Source: a virus
Lineage: Duplodnaviria > Caudoviricetes
Length of the DNA: 27,646 nucleotides
Virus record (IMG/VR): IMGVR_UViG_3300032327_000688
Location: 1-27,646 of that record
Reading direction: 5' to 3' (one strand)
Below are positions 16,426-23,916 of this stretch, piece after piece. Each line of letters opens with the position of its first letter. Position 1 is the stretch's first letter. The notes below the pieces were generated by a model that did not search any database, was not told where the DNA came from, and saw only the letters and a program-made list of their open reading frames with translations. The translations under genes were made by a program, and so were the position numbers.

Positions 16426-16929
16426 GTGCAAATTTTAACCCTGGACAACAGTACGTTTTATCTAAATGACCTACCTGAAGAGGTTGATGATGATCTTCGC
16501 TATGCTGTGCTAGATAACAGTGATAACCAAAATCCTGATTATTTTTATTTGCCGTTGATCTTTTTAGAATCATTCACTGGTCCGGCAGTTGTGTTAAAGA
16601 TTGGACCTTATGAGCTCACCATGCCATTGGATTGGTGCACCGTTGTCGGAGACCCACAGGGTCCTGAGATGGAGATTCTTCCACTGACCAGTTTAAATGA
16701 TCGCGGATTTAGAACATTTTGTTTTAACCCGTTGAGTTCGTTTCGCCCAGAGTTCCATGACATTGACATCATTAATGTTTACCAGGATGTAAAATGGTAT
16801 TTCCCAAAAATGAAGCCAGGTCAGTTGTTATGTACTCCGTTAGAATCGGGTGAGAACCCAATGTGCGCTTACTTTGTCAAAGAAGTTAGTCGTCAAAGTG
16901 AGATTGTACATTATACTAAATGTTGGTAA
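16426..16929 (+). CDS. Hypothetical beta-rich protein
   Basis: 167 aa, GTG start with SD AAGGA. Confidence 0.75.
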   Translation: MQILTLDNSTFYLNDLPEEVDDDLRYAVLDNSDNQNPDYFYLPLIFLESFTGPAVVLKIGPYELTMPLDWCTVVGDPQGPEMEILPLTSLNDRGFRTFCFNPLSSFRPEFHDIDIINVYQDVKWYFPKMKPGQLLCTPLESGENPMCAYFVKEVSRQSEIVHYTKCW

Positions 16930-16938
16930 GGAGACCAA

Positions 16939-17130
16939 ATGATAACCAAAGAAAAACTACAACACCATATTGCTCATCTACAAGAAAAACACGATGCTAT
17001 GGATAAAGAGATAACAGAATTATACAAGCATCACGAAAATGATCTTAAAATTGAAACTCTTAAAAAGCTCAAACTTCATATCAAAGACGAAATTGAAGCA
17101 AACAAGGCAAGGATGAATGGGCTCACTTAA
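16939..17130 (+). CDS. YdcH/DUF465-like small coiled-coil protein
   Basis: 63 aa with SD AAGGAG and the pattern L.EKH..MDKEI...LKKLKLHIKDEI. Confidence 0.72.
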   Translation: MITKEKLQHHIAHLQEKHDAMDKEITELYKHHENDLKIETLKKLKLHIKDEIEANKARMNGLT

Positions 17131-17380
17131 ACCAGGCGCAACCTATGTGTACGAGCGAGATGGGGATACTGTCTACGCTCGTGAAATGGGCGCAGACCCT
17201 AATACCAGGCAAGTGGTAGGGTGGGATTATGACCCAGGTAGCAATCCAGGTTTATCCAGAATGCGTCAAGAATTCCTTTGGAACAATATCCACGATGCTG
17301 CTAAAACCAATCCCGCATTGCAAAAAGCACTGGAACAATGTATAATAATATATAACCTAAGTAAAGATCATGGCACTTGA
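17117..17380 (+). CDS. Hypothetical protein
   Basis: 87 aa, overlapping both neighbours. N-terminus MGSLKPGATYVYERDGDTVYARE. Confidence 0.7.
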   Translation: MGSLKPGATYVYERDGDTVYAREMGADPNTRQVVGWDYDPGSNPGLSRMRQEFLWNNIHDAAKTNPALQKALEQCIIIYNLSKDHGT

Positions 17381-17825
17381 TATCAAACGAGAACTCAATG
17401 CAGTAGACGCTAAAAATTATGATTTTTACAGCAAGCTCACAGACGAAGAACGCAAGGCATTCAGTCCGTATGTGCTGATGCGTTATACAAGTAATGTAGA
17501 GGGCGACCGTGATATACAAGAATGGTTCCTTGAAATGACCAATGAAATGGTTAATAAGAATCATTGGGATCTGAGTAAGAATCACAAGGCATTATTGTGG
17601 AAATTATTTGCAGCCTGCGGTGCCGGCGTTAAGTGTTATCACCCATATCTCAAAGCCAGCTCAAAAGAAAAAGCAGTTAAGATTGAAAAGCTACTGGCAG
17701 AAGTTTATCCAGCAATGAAAATGAGTGATGTCAAAATCATGGCCGGTATGATGGACAAGGCAGATAAAGACGAGCTATTTGACAAGATGGGATTTGATAA
17801 GAAGCAGAGAAAGGACTACGAATGA
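17370..17825 (+). CDS. Putative clamp loader small subunit (T4 gp62-like)
   Basis: 151 aa. The pattern FSPYVLMR..S...F...NE..N..H..L...HPYLK parallels the gp62 family Y.PY++NR.LS...FANEMN..H.L...PW+K. Confidence 0.5.
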   Translation: MALDIKRELNAVDAKNYDFYSKLTDEERKAFSPYVLMRYTSNVEGDRDIQEWFLEMTNEMVNKNHWDLSKNHKALLWKLFAACGAGVKCYHPYLKASSKEKAVKIEKLLAEVYPAMKMSDVKIMAGMMDKADKDELFDKMGFDKKQRKDYE

Positions 17826-17998
17826 ATACAATATTATGGACAGTTGCTGTCGCTAACGATGGCAGGGTATATTTAGAAGACAACGATTTTGCTCATGATG
17901 TGCGTCTGTATGTTAATGGCGACTTTGCAACACCTGAGCAACACTGGGCCTATGCTTCAGTATTGGCAAGAAAATTAAATGACACCTATACTGAATGA
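17822..17998 (+). CDS. 58-aa hypothetical protein (not in the ORF track)
   Basis: MNTILWTVAVANDGRVYLEDNDFAHDVRLYVNGDFATPEQHWAYASVLARKLNDTYTE. ATGA overlaps at both ends fill the gap exactly. Confidence 0.75.
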   Translation: MNTILWTVAVANDGRVYLEDNDFAHDVRLYVNGDFATPEQHWAYASVLARKLNDTYTE

Positions 17999-18693
17999 TG
18001 TTAAAGTTGGAGGAACAACCGTTTACTTGTGTACATTGTAACAAGAGTTTTATGAAGCAGAAGACTCTAGTTGCTCACATGTGCGAACAGAAACGTCGTG
18101 CTCTCCAAAAGGATGAGAAGCGTGTTCAAGCGGGCTATATGGCCTATAATCGTTTCTTTCAACTTACGCAAAATGCTAAAAAATTAAAGTCATACGAGGA
18201 CTTTTGTAAGACAGCATACTACAATGCCTTTGTAAAGTTTGGATCATTTGTCAATAATGTCAATCCATTATATCCAGACAAATTTATCGACTTTGTAATT
18301 AAGAGCGGAGTCCGACTTGATGATTGGTGTCGTGATGCACTATACGAAAAGTATCTGTATGAGATGCTTAAAGTAGAGCCCGTTGAGGCCGCGGTACAAA
18401 GAAGCATAGCAACCATGCTGGAGTGGGCTGATGAACATAAATCAGATTATACTCATTATTTTCTGTATGTAAACCTCAATCGTGCCGTACATGATATTAA
18501 GAACGGAAAGATCAGTTGCTGGTTAATGCTTAACTGCAAGGGTGGCAAAGACATGTTAAACAAATTCAGTGATGAACAGTTGGAAATGATTTCTCCAGCA
18601 TTTGACTTACCCCATTGGCTCAAAAAGTTTAAAGAAGCGCCAGCAGATGCATTGCTAGTTAAAGAAATATGTAGGGAGACAGGAATTGAGTAA
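17995..18693 (+). CDS. Zinc-finger (C2H-C type) hypothetical protein
   Basis: N-terminal FTCVHCNKSFMKQKTLVAHMC followed by a helical domain. Confidence 0.75.
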   Translation: MMLKLEEQPFTCVHCNKSFMKQKTLVAHMCEQKRRALQKDEKRVQAGYMAYNRFFQLTQNAKKLKSYEDFCKTAYYNAFVKFGSFVNNVNPLYPDKFIDFVIKSGVRLDDWCRDALYEKYLYEMLKVEPVEAAVQRSIATMLEWADEHKSDYTHYFLYVNLNRAVHDIKNGKISCWLMLNCKGGKDMLNKFSDEQLEMISPAFDLPHWLKKFKEAPADALLVKEICRETGIE

Positions 18694-19015
18694 GTATTTG
18701 CCAAGATCCGAAGCTATAGGAAAGTTATGTGCGGTATTTGATGCTCAAGCAGAACGCAGTCCTAGACAATTCTACAAAAGAACTATGTTAAAGTGTACTG
18801 ACTACAATGATCCCAATGTTCACTACGACACTCAAGTAATTGATGCTGTAGCTATACATATCCCAACGCATCGTCTGGATGATTTCTTAGATACTATAGA
18901 CGAACAGAAATATCGCGAGCTAGAGATTAGATCTCGAGTGCCGGCTGTGAAGCTAGCATATGAACAATATAGAATGTTATTAAAAATGTGTGGAGGCGAT
19001 GATGCCCGATATTGA
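18686..19015 (+). CDS. Hypothetical protein
   Basis: 109 aa, TTG start, overlapping both neighbours. Confidence 0.62.
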   Translation: MSKYLPRSEAIGKLCAVFDAQAERSPRQFYKRTMLKCTDYNDPNVHYDTQVIDAVAIHIPTHRLDDFLDTIDEQKYRELEIRSRVPAVKLAYEQYRMLLKMCGGDDARY

Positions 19016-19580
19016 CCTAGACTTTGCCAATAGGGATGATGTATTGTCTATTATTAAGCACGTACCTGCGGTTATGAAAGACGGCAAGAAACATAACACA
19101 GGCGCCTACTGCCATGAAATTCCAACTAATCCATTAACTGGCATGGCCAGTATTGAATATGGGGCTGCCGAGGCACGTGGCTATTTTAAAATAGACTTTC
19201 TCAATGTTAATGTTTACAAAGACGTTAGAGACGAAGAACATATTGTAGAATTACTAGCGGTAGAACCTCTTTGGGACCTACTTGAACAGAAAGATTTTTG
19301 TGATATGATATTTCATGTTAACGGATATCATGATCTAGTTGCCCGTTTAAAGCCACGTAGTATTGAACAGTTGGCTATGTTTTTGGCATTATTGAGACCA
19401 GGTAAGAAGCATTTAGTCGGTAAGTGTGAAACAGAGGGTTGGGAGTCAATCAAAGATGAGATTTGGGAAAAGACTGCGGACAGTTACAGTTTTAAGAAAA
19501 GTCATAGTTTTGGTTACGCACATGCTATTATAGTCCAGATGAATCGCATCTGTGAAGGTATTAGCCAGCCTTACGTTTAG
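19002..19580 (+). CDS. Miniature/split family C DNA polymerase (DnaE alpha subunit catalytic core)
   Basis: MPDIDLDF, KHNTG, GYFKIDFL, LALLRPG and YSFKKSH...Y correspond to DnaE PDIDxDF, H.AG, G..K.DFL, A+.RPG and Y.FNKSH..AY. SD GGAGG at 18992-18996. Confidence 0.85.
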   Translation: MPDIDLDFANRDDVLSIIKHVPAVMKDGKKHNTGAYCHEIPTNPLTGMASIEYGAAEARGYFKIDFLNVNVYKDVRDEEHIVELLAVEPLWDLLEQKDFCDMIFHVNGYHDLVARLKPRSIEQLAMFLALLRPGKKHLVGKCETEGWESIKDEIWEKTADSYSFKKSHSFGYAHAIIVQMNRICEGISQPYV

Positions 19581-19953
19581 CAGGGTTTTTAACCAATTGA
19601 ATGGATTTGCGCTTGATTCGCTTTTCGGCAATATCGCTTAGATTTACAGTTGGGCCAAACATTATAGCAACATCCTTACTGTTAAACGTTTTAATAATTG
19701 ATTTAAATACTGCCATATCTTGTTTTAGAAAGATGTTAATGGGAAGTTTACGATTAGATTCCCACCACCAAATTTCGCCTAATTCTAAAAAACGCTGTTT
19801 ATCTATGTCTGTACGTAGGATGCTGAAATCGTATATGCTTGTAACCTGTAGATCATAGTTAATGATGATGCCGACATACTCCTCATCAACGCATTTGATG
19901 CAGGTTATAAATGGAAAATTTTGTTGAAATTCGTCGCTCTTCAGTGGCTTCAT
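19561..19953 (-). CDS. Hypothetical protein with a WWWESNR motif and basic C-terminus
   Basis: ATG 19953 is preferred over TTG 19980. About 130 aa, with a convergent overlap with the polymerase gene end. Confidence 0.72.
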   Translation of the reverse strand: MKPLKSDEFQQNFPFITCIKCVDEEYVGIIINYDLQVTSIYDFSILRTDIDKQRFLELGEIWWWESNRKLPINIFLKQDMAVFKSIIKTFNSKDVAIMFGPTVNLSDIAEKRIKRKSIQLVKNPAKRKAG

Positions 19954-19960
19954 GTATTGA

Positions 19961-19966
19961 TAAATA
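19961..19966 (+). promoter_or_regulatory. Putative late promoter TAAATA, 6 nt before ATG 19973
   Basis: GATAAATA-TGTATT-ATG, with no SD. Confidence 0.62.
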
Positions 19967-19972
19967 TGTATT

Positions 19973-20869
19973 ATGAACAAGTTACCAATCTATTTATACC
20001 CCAACATACTCGATGTTATATTAGATTTGGATCAAAACAGGAGTATCCATAAGATCATGTACCAGCGTAAAATTAAAATACAAAAAGGGTTTAAAGACTC
20101 TATTCAAATTCAGTTTAAAAACTCTGATCAAAAACCTGTACCTTTGTCTACCAGCACTTACTGGTTTGACATGATTGATTCTGACGGGCGTCAGTGCTTG
20201 TTATCTAAGCCGCTGACAATCATAGACGATGGAGTAACCGTATCAACCCGCGGTATTGCTATGGCTACATTTGATCCAATTGACACTATCAATATGTCCG
20301 CTGCCAGCTACAAATTTCTAATAAAGAAAGACAACGATGACGGCACATTTACTCCGGCGTATTCTAATACCTATTATGATATTACTGGGGAAGTAGAAAT
20401 TGTAGAGGACGGATATCCGGTAGGCTATCCAATTCTAACCGTTAGTTCGAAAGAATTGGAAACCAACAAAGAATACGATAGAAATCCACAACGCATGGGC
20501 TACGTATTTTATAGTGATTGGGTACGACCAGTGATTCGGTCAAACACCACAGCAAATACATCTACCGCAGTGATAACATTAGTTGGGTTTACTGGAGAAG
20601 TCATTGTTGAAGGAACACTAGACAACGACCCAAGTCCGCATGGTCAAGCTAACGCCCAGGCATTCACAGTTGTTAGTCATACAGCGGTTACTCCTACCCA
20701 AGGTACAATCCAATTAAATTGGAATAGTGCAGTTACCGCAGTGAGATTTGCAGTTCGTCCAAAAAATGATGCGTTTGGTTCTAACTATTATCCAACCGGT
20801 AACCCAATTGGCTCCAATACCAACAAGTACCCATCCGGTTTTGTTGACCAAATCCAATATATCAGTTAA
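19973..20869 (+). CDS. Hypothetical beta-sandwich protein, possibly virion (BppU-N-like)
   Basis: 298 aa, beta-rich (KG.KDSIQIQFKNSDQKPV), preceded by a late motif. Confidence 0.65.
   Translation: MNKLPIYLYPNILDVILDLDQNRSIHKIMYQRKIKIQKGFKDSIQIQFKNSDQKPVPLSTSTYWFDMIDSDGRQCLLSKPLTIIDDGVTVSTRGIAMATFDPIDTINMSAASYKFLIKKDNDDGTFTPAYSNTYYDITGEVEIVEDGYPVGYPILTVSSKELETNKEYDRNPQRMGYVFYSDWVRPVIRSNTTANTSTAVITLVGFTGEVIVEGTLDNDPSPHGQANAQAFTVVSHTAVTPTQGTIQLNWNSAVTAVRFAVRPKNDAFGSNYYPTGNPIGSNTNKYPSGFVDQIQYIS
19991..19998 (-). promoter_or_regulatory. Putative late promoter TATAAATA on the minus strand, inside the opposite gene
   Basis: Plus-strand TATTTATA reads TATAAATA on the minus strand, 37 nt upstream of ATG 19953. 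Confidence 0.5.
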
Positions 20870-20872
20870 AAT
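20844..20872 (+). promoter_or_regulatory. Sigma70-type promoter for primase-helicase, apparently leaderless
   Basis: TTGACC-N17-TAAAAT within the end of the upstream gene. ATG 20879 is 6 nt downstream and has no SD. Confidence 0.7.
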
Positions 20873-20878
20873 AGCAGT

Positions 20879-21871
20879 ATGAACTTGATTCAGGCTAGAG
20901 TACAGTCAGCCTTACCACCTCGTAGAAAAATGACCCCAAGTGGCTGGGAATCGTTCAATGCCGTCTGCTGCCATCACAATGGTGAAAAGAAGGACACACG
21001 CAAGCGCGGCGGTATCCGGTTTGACAAAGACGGACTAAGCTACCATTGCTTCAACTGTTCGTTCAAGGCAGGCTGGATTCCAGGAAAGTTGCTGAGTAAA
21101 AATACTCGTAATCTGTTTAGCTGGTTAGGTATTCCTGATAACGAAATTCAACAACTGGCATTAGAAGCAGTGAAGAGTAAAGAAGATCAACCTACGCCTA
21201 CAAAAGAATTGCGGTTTGATTTAGAAACCCGTGCCTTGCCAGAAGAGTGTAAAACATTTACCGAGTGGCTTGAACTAGGGTGCCAGGAAGAAGATTTCCT
21301 TAATGTTGTTGCCTACATTCTGGATCGCGGCATGGAATTAGACTGGTATGATTGGATGTGGAGTGCGGCTACTGGTTACAGAGATCGTGCTGTCATTCCG
21401 TTTTACGACAGAGAAGGAGTTGTGGGTTGGACTGGTCGTAAGATTAAAGAAGGGCAACCTAAATACCTAACCACAGCACAACCAGGCTATGTGTTTAATT
21501 TAGATCGTCAAACAGATGATCGCAAATATGTAATTGTAGTGGAAGGACAATTTGATGCTATTGCAGTAGACGGAGTTGCCATCATGCACAACGACCCTAA
21601 CGAAACACAGGTATCTCGCATTAAGAATTTAGGTAAAGAAGTCATAATTGTACCAGACAATGACCGTGCTGGGACTAAATTAATATCCGCAGCCATCGAT
21701 CATAACTGGTCTGTGAGTTTACCCGACTGGGGCGACGATGTCAAAGACGTTGCGGATGCGGTAAAGAAATACGGAAGATTATATACATTGCTTACAATTA
21801 TAAAATATCGAGAGCACGGACAGATTAAATTAACAATGATAAAGAAGAAAATATCCAATGGCACTGAATAA
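20879..21871 (+). CDS. gp61: DNA primase (T4 gp61/DnaG-like)
   Basis: Zn-binding CCHH...YHCFNC, IPF...GWTGR...PKY, TOPRIM VEGQFDA, PDND.AG and KDVAD. Confidence 0.9.
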   Translation: MNLIQARVQSALPPRRKMTPSGWESFNAVCCHHNGEKKDTRKRGGIRFDKDGLSYHCFNCSFKAGWIPGKLLSKNTRNLFSWLGIPDNEIQQLALEAVKSKEDQPTPTKELRFDLETRALPEECKTFTEWLELGCQEEDFLNVVAYILDRGMELDWYDWMWSAATGYRDRAVIPFYDREGVVGWTGRKIKEGQPKYLTTAQPGYVFNLDRQTDDRKYVIVVEGQFDAIAVDGVAIMHNDPNETQVSRIKNLGKEVIIVPDNDRAGTKLISAAIDHNWSVSLPDWGDDVKDVADAVKKYGRLYTLLTIIKYREHGQIKLTMIKKKISNGTE

Positions 21872-23303
21872 CGAGAAACACGTAGTACCCAATTATAGTT
21901 TTGAAATACAAAAGTTATATCTCGAAATGTTTATGAGCGACGCTGTAACATTTGTGCGCTGTCAAAATATCTTCGATCCAGAAAACTTTGATCGTAAGTT
22001 ACAAGACACCGCTGCTTTTATCACAGAGTATGTAAACGAATACAAGGTAATGCCAGAGCCACAGATTGTCAATGCCAGTTGCAACATAGACTTAAATCCG
22101 GCACAGTTGCCAGAAGAAAATTACTCTTGGTTAATGAATGAGTTTGAACAGTTTAGTCGACACAAAGGACTAGAGCGAGCCATTCTCAAGTCAGCCGATT
22201 TACTTGAGCAAGGTGACTATGGTCCTGTTGAAAAGATGATTAAAGATGCTGTGCAGATCAGCCTACAGAAGGACATGGGTACTGATTACTTTGAAGATCC
22301 GCGCGGGCGACTTGAAGGTTTAAAGAATTCAAACGGACAGGTCAGTACTGGTTGGCCCAGCGTTGATAAGAAACTATACGGTGGATTTAACCGAGGTGAG
22401 CTTAACATTTGGTGTGCAGCATCTGGTGGTGGTAAGAGTTTATTCCTTGCTAACCTAGGATGCAACTGGGCATTGAACGGTCTTAATGTACTGTATTTGA
22501 CATTTGAGTTGAGTGAGAGTTTAGTTGCCATGCGTATGGACAGTATGCTCACAGGAGTCGGTACTAGAGAGATTTTCCGTAACTTGGATGATGTTGAGCT
22601 CAAAGTCAAAATGATGGGGAAGAGTGCAGGTAGCATACAGATCAAATATATGCCGTCTGGTAAAACTTGTAATGATCTTCGTGCCTACATGAAAGAGTAT
22701 CAAGTTAAGAAAGGATTCAAACCAGACATCATATTGATCGACTACCTCGATTTGATGATGCCAATGAGTGTTAAGGTCAGTCCAAGTGACTTGTTTGTCA
22801 AGGACAAGTATGTGTCAGAAGAGTTGCGTAACCTAGCGATGGAAACACAGGCTATTGTTGTAACAGCGTCACAGTTAAATCGTGCGGCGGTTGAAGAAAT
22901 TGAATTCGATCACAGTCATATCTCAGGCGGTTTAAGTAAGATTCAAACTGCGGATAACGTGATTGGTATCTTTACAAGTCGTGCAATGAAGGAACGCGGT
23001 CGCTATCAAATTCAGTTTATGAAGACACGGTCAAGTTCAGGTGTAGGACAAAAAGTTGACTTGGAATTTGACTTAGACACTCTCCGTATTAGAGATCTTG
23101 GTGAAGATGATGACAACGGATATTCCAAACCCAAGTCAAGTGTATATGATAATTTGAAAAAGACTTCGACAGTTGTTGATCAAAGTACAGGTGAGGTTCG
23201 CAATGATCCCACAGAAGGTATTGCTGTTGGAAAAATTAGAGGTGTTGCAGGTAGTTCAAAAATCAGAGAAATGCTTGCTGGATTAAATTCAGAAAAAGAT
23301 TAA
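21858..23303 (+). CDS. gp41: Replicative DnaB-like helicase (T4 gp41-like)
   Basis: STGW..VD..LYGG, Walker A ASGGGKS, TFELSE, IDYLDLM, TASQLNR and MKTR. Confidence 0.93.
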   Translation: MALNNEKHVVPNYSFEIQKLYLEMFMSDAVTFVRCQNIFDPENFDRKLQDTAAFITEYVNEYKVMPEPQIVNASCNIDLNPAQLPEENYSWLMNEFEQFSRHKGLERAILKSADLLEQGDYGPVEKMIKDAVQISLQKDMGTDYFEDPRGRLEGLKNSNGQVSTGWPSVDKKLYGGFNRGELNIWCAASGGGKSLFLANLGCNWALNGLNVLYLTFELSESLVAMRMDSMLTGVGTREIFRNLDDVELKVKMMGKSAGSIQIKYMPSGKTCNDLRAYMKEYQVKKGFKPDIILIDYLDLMMPMSVKVSPSDLFVKDKYVSEELRNLAMETQAIVVTASQLNRAAVEEIEFDHSHISGGLSKIQTADNVIGIFTSRAMKERGRYQIQFMKTRSSSGVGQKVDLEFDLDTLRIRDLGEDDDNGYSKPKSSVYDNLKKTSTVVDQSTGEVRNDPTEGIAVGKIRGVAGSSKIREMLAGLNSEKD

Positions 23304-23860
23304 AATAAATTTGATACGTGTTGATTAACACATTGATTAATGGCCTGTTGCCACTGTTCTTCACCTGTTCCAGCTAGGCATAGTTCAACACTTGCCGGAG
23401 TTGTTAACCATTGATGATTTGGAGTCCACGGATCTTTTCCACTTTGTTCTCCTTCTAACTGGCCTGCCGACCAAACAGCTAATCCAACCCCTGCTCGATA
23501 TAGCGATGGCCCACATCCTTCAGCAATTGCGGCCAATACTGAAACATCTCCCGTAATTCCCAACTCATCATTAATTTGCAAAGTACTCGAGCTTGTCCAA
23601 TCAAGCGAATGTACCACTTGTACTCTTGTGGCTTCTACTGGCCCGCCAACATATATTGTTTCACTTCCTGAATATTCTATCCGGGCGGCGCTCATAATGG
23701 CCTGCATGTTAACCGTTTTTGCTGGTCTGTTGACTATCACACCCCATGCTCCGCTACTGCTATGTTGCGCAATCAACACTAGAGATTTGATAAAATGTCC
23801 GTCTTTATTTCGTGGCGGCGCTATTAAAAGATTGCCAGTTAAGAATTCAGTTGTGCTCAT
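23300..23860 (-). CDS. YqgE/AlgH family protein (DUF179)
   Basis: LLIAPP...F.KSLVLIAQH...GAWGVIVNRP, YVGGPV and G.A.W.AGQLE.E family motifs. ATG 23860 is chosen by promoter spacing (alternative 23863). Confidence 0.88.
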   Translation of the reverse strand: MSTTEFLTGNLLIAPPRNKDGHFIKSLVLIAQHSSSGAWGVIVNRPAKTVNMQAIMSAARIEYSGSETIYVGGPVEATRVQVVHSLDWTSSSTLQINDELGITGDVSVLAAIAEGCGPSLYRAGVGLAVWSAGQLEGEQSGKDPWTPNHQWLTTPASVELCLAGTGEEQWQQAINQCVNQHVSNLF

Positions 23861-23865
23861 CATAA

Positions 23866-23871
23866 TATTTA
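23866..23871 (-). promoter_or_regulatory. Putative late promoter TAAATA (minus), 5 nt before ATG 23860
   Basis: Plus-strand TATTTA, with the same 5-nt spacing as the other late genes. Confidence 0.62.
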
Positions 23872-23903
23872 ACTAATTGATTTGTCCATATGAATAATAC
23901 TGA

Positions 23904-23909
23904 TAAATA
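23904..23909 (+). promoter_or_regulatory. Putative late promoter TAAATA, 7 nt before ATG 23917
   Basis: GATAAATA-TCCCATA-ATG. Confidence 0.55.
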
Positions 23910-23916
23910 TCCCATA

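Noticed and set aside
5742-23303. Inteins or group I introns in terminase, UvsX, UvsW, primase or helicase
   Set aside because: The ORFs are uninterrupted and of ordinary length, and I saw no intein C1/HN-C/S/T junctions or LAGLIDADG blocks.
1929-23876. Numerous short antisense or alternate-frame ORFs in the track (e.g. 5165-5548, 11753-12040, 12806-13129, 15125-15490, 22286-22645, 23628-23876)
   Set aside because: They are shadows of well-supported genes, with no start signals or recognisable motifs.
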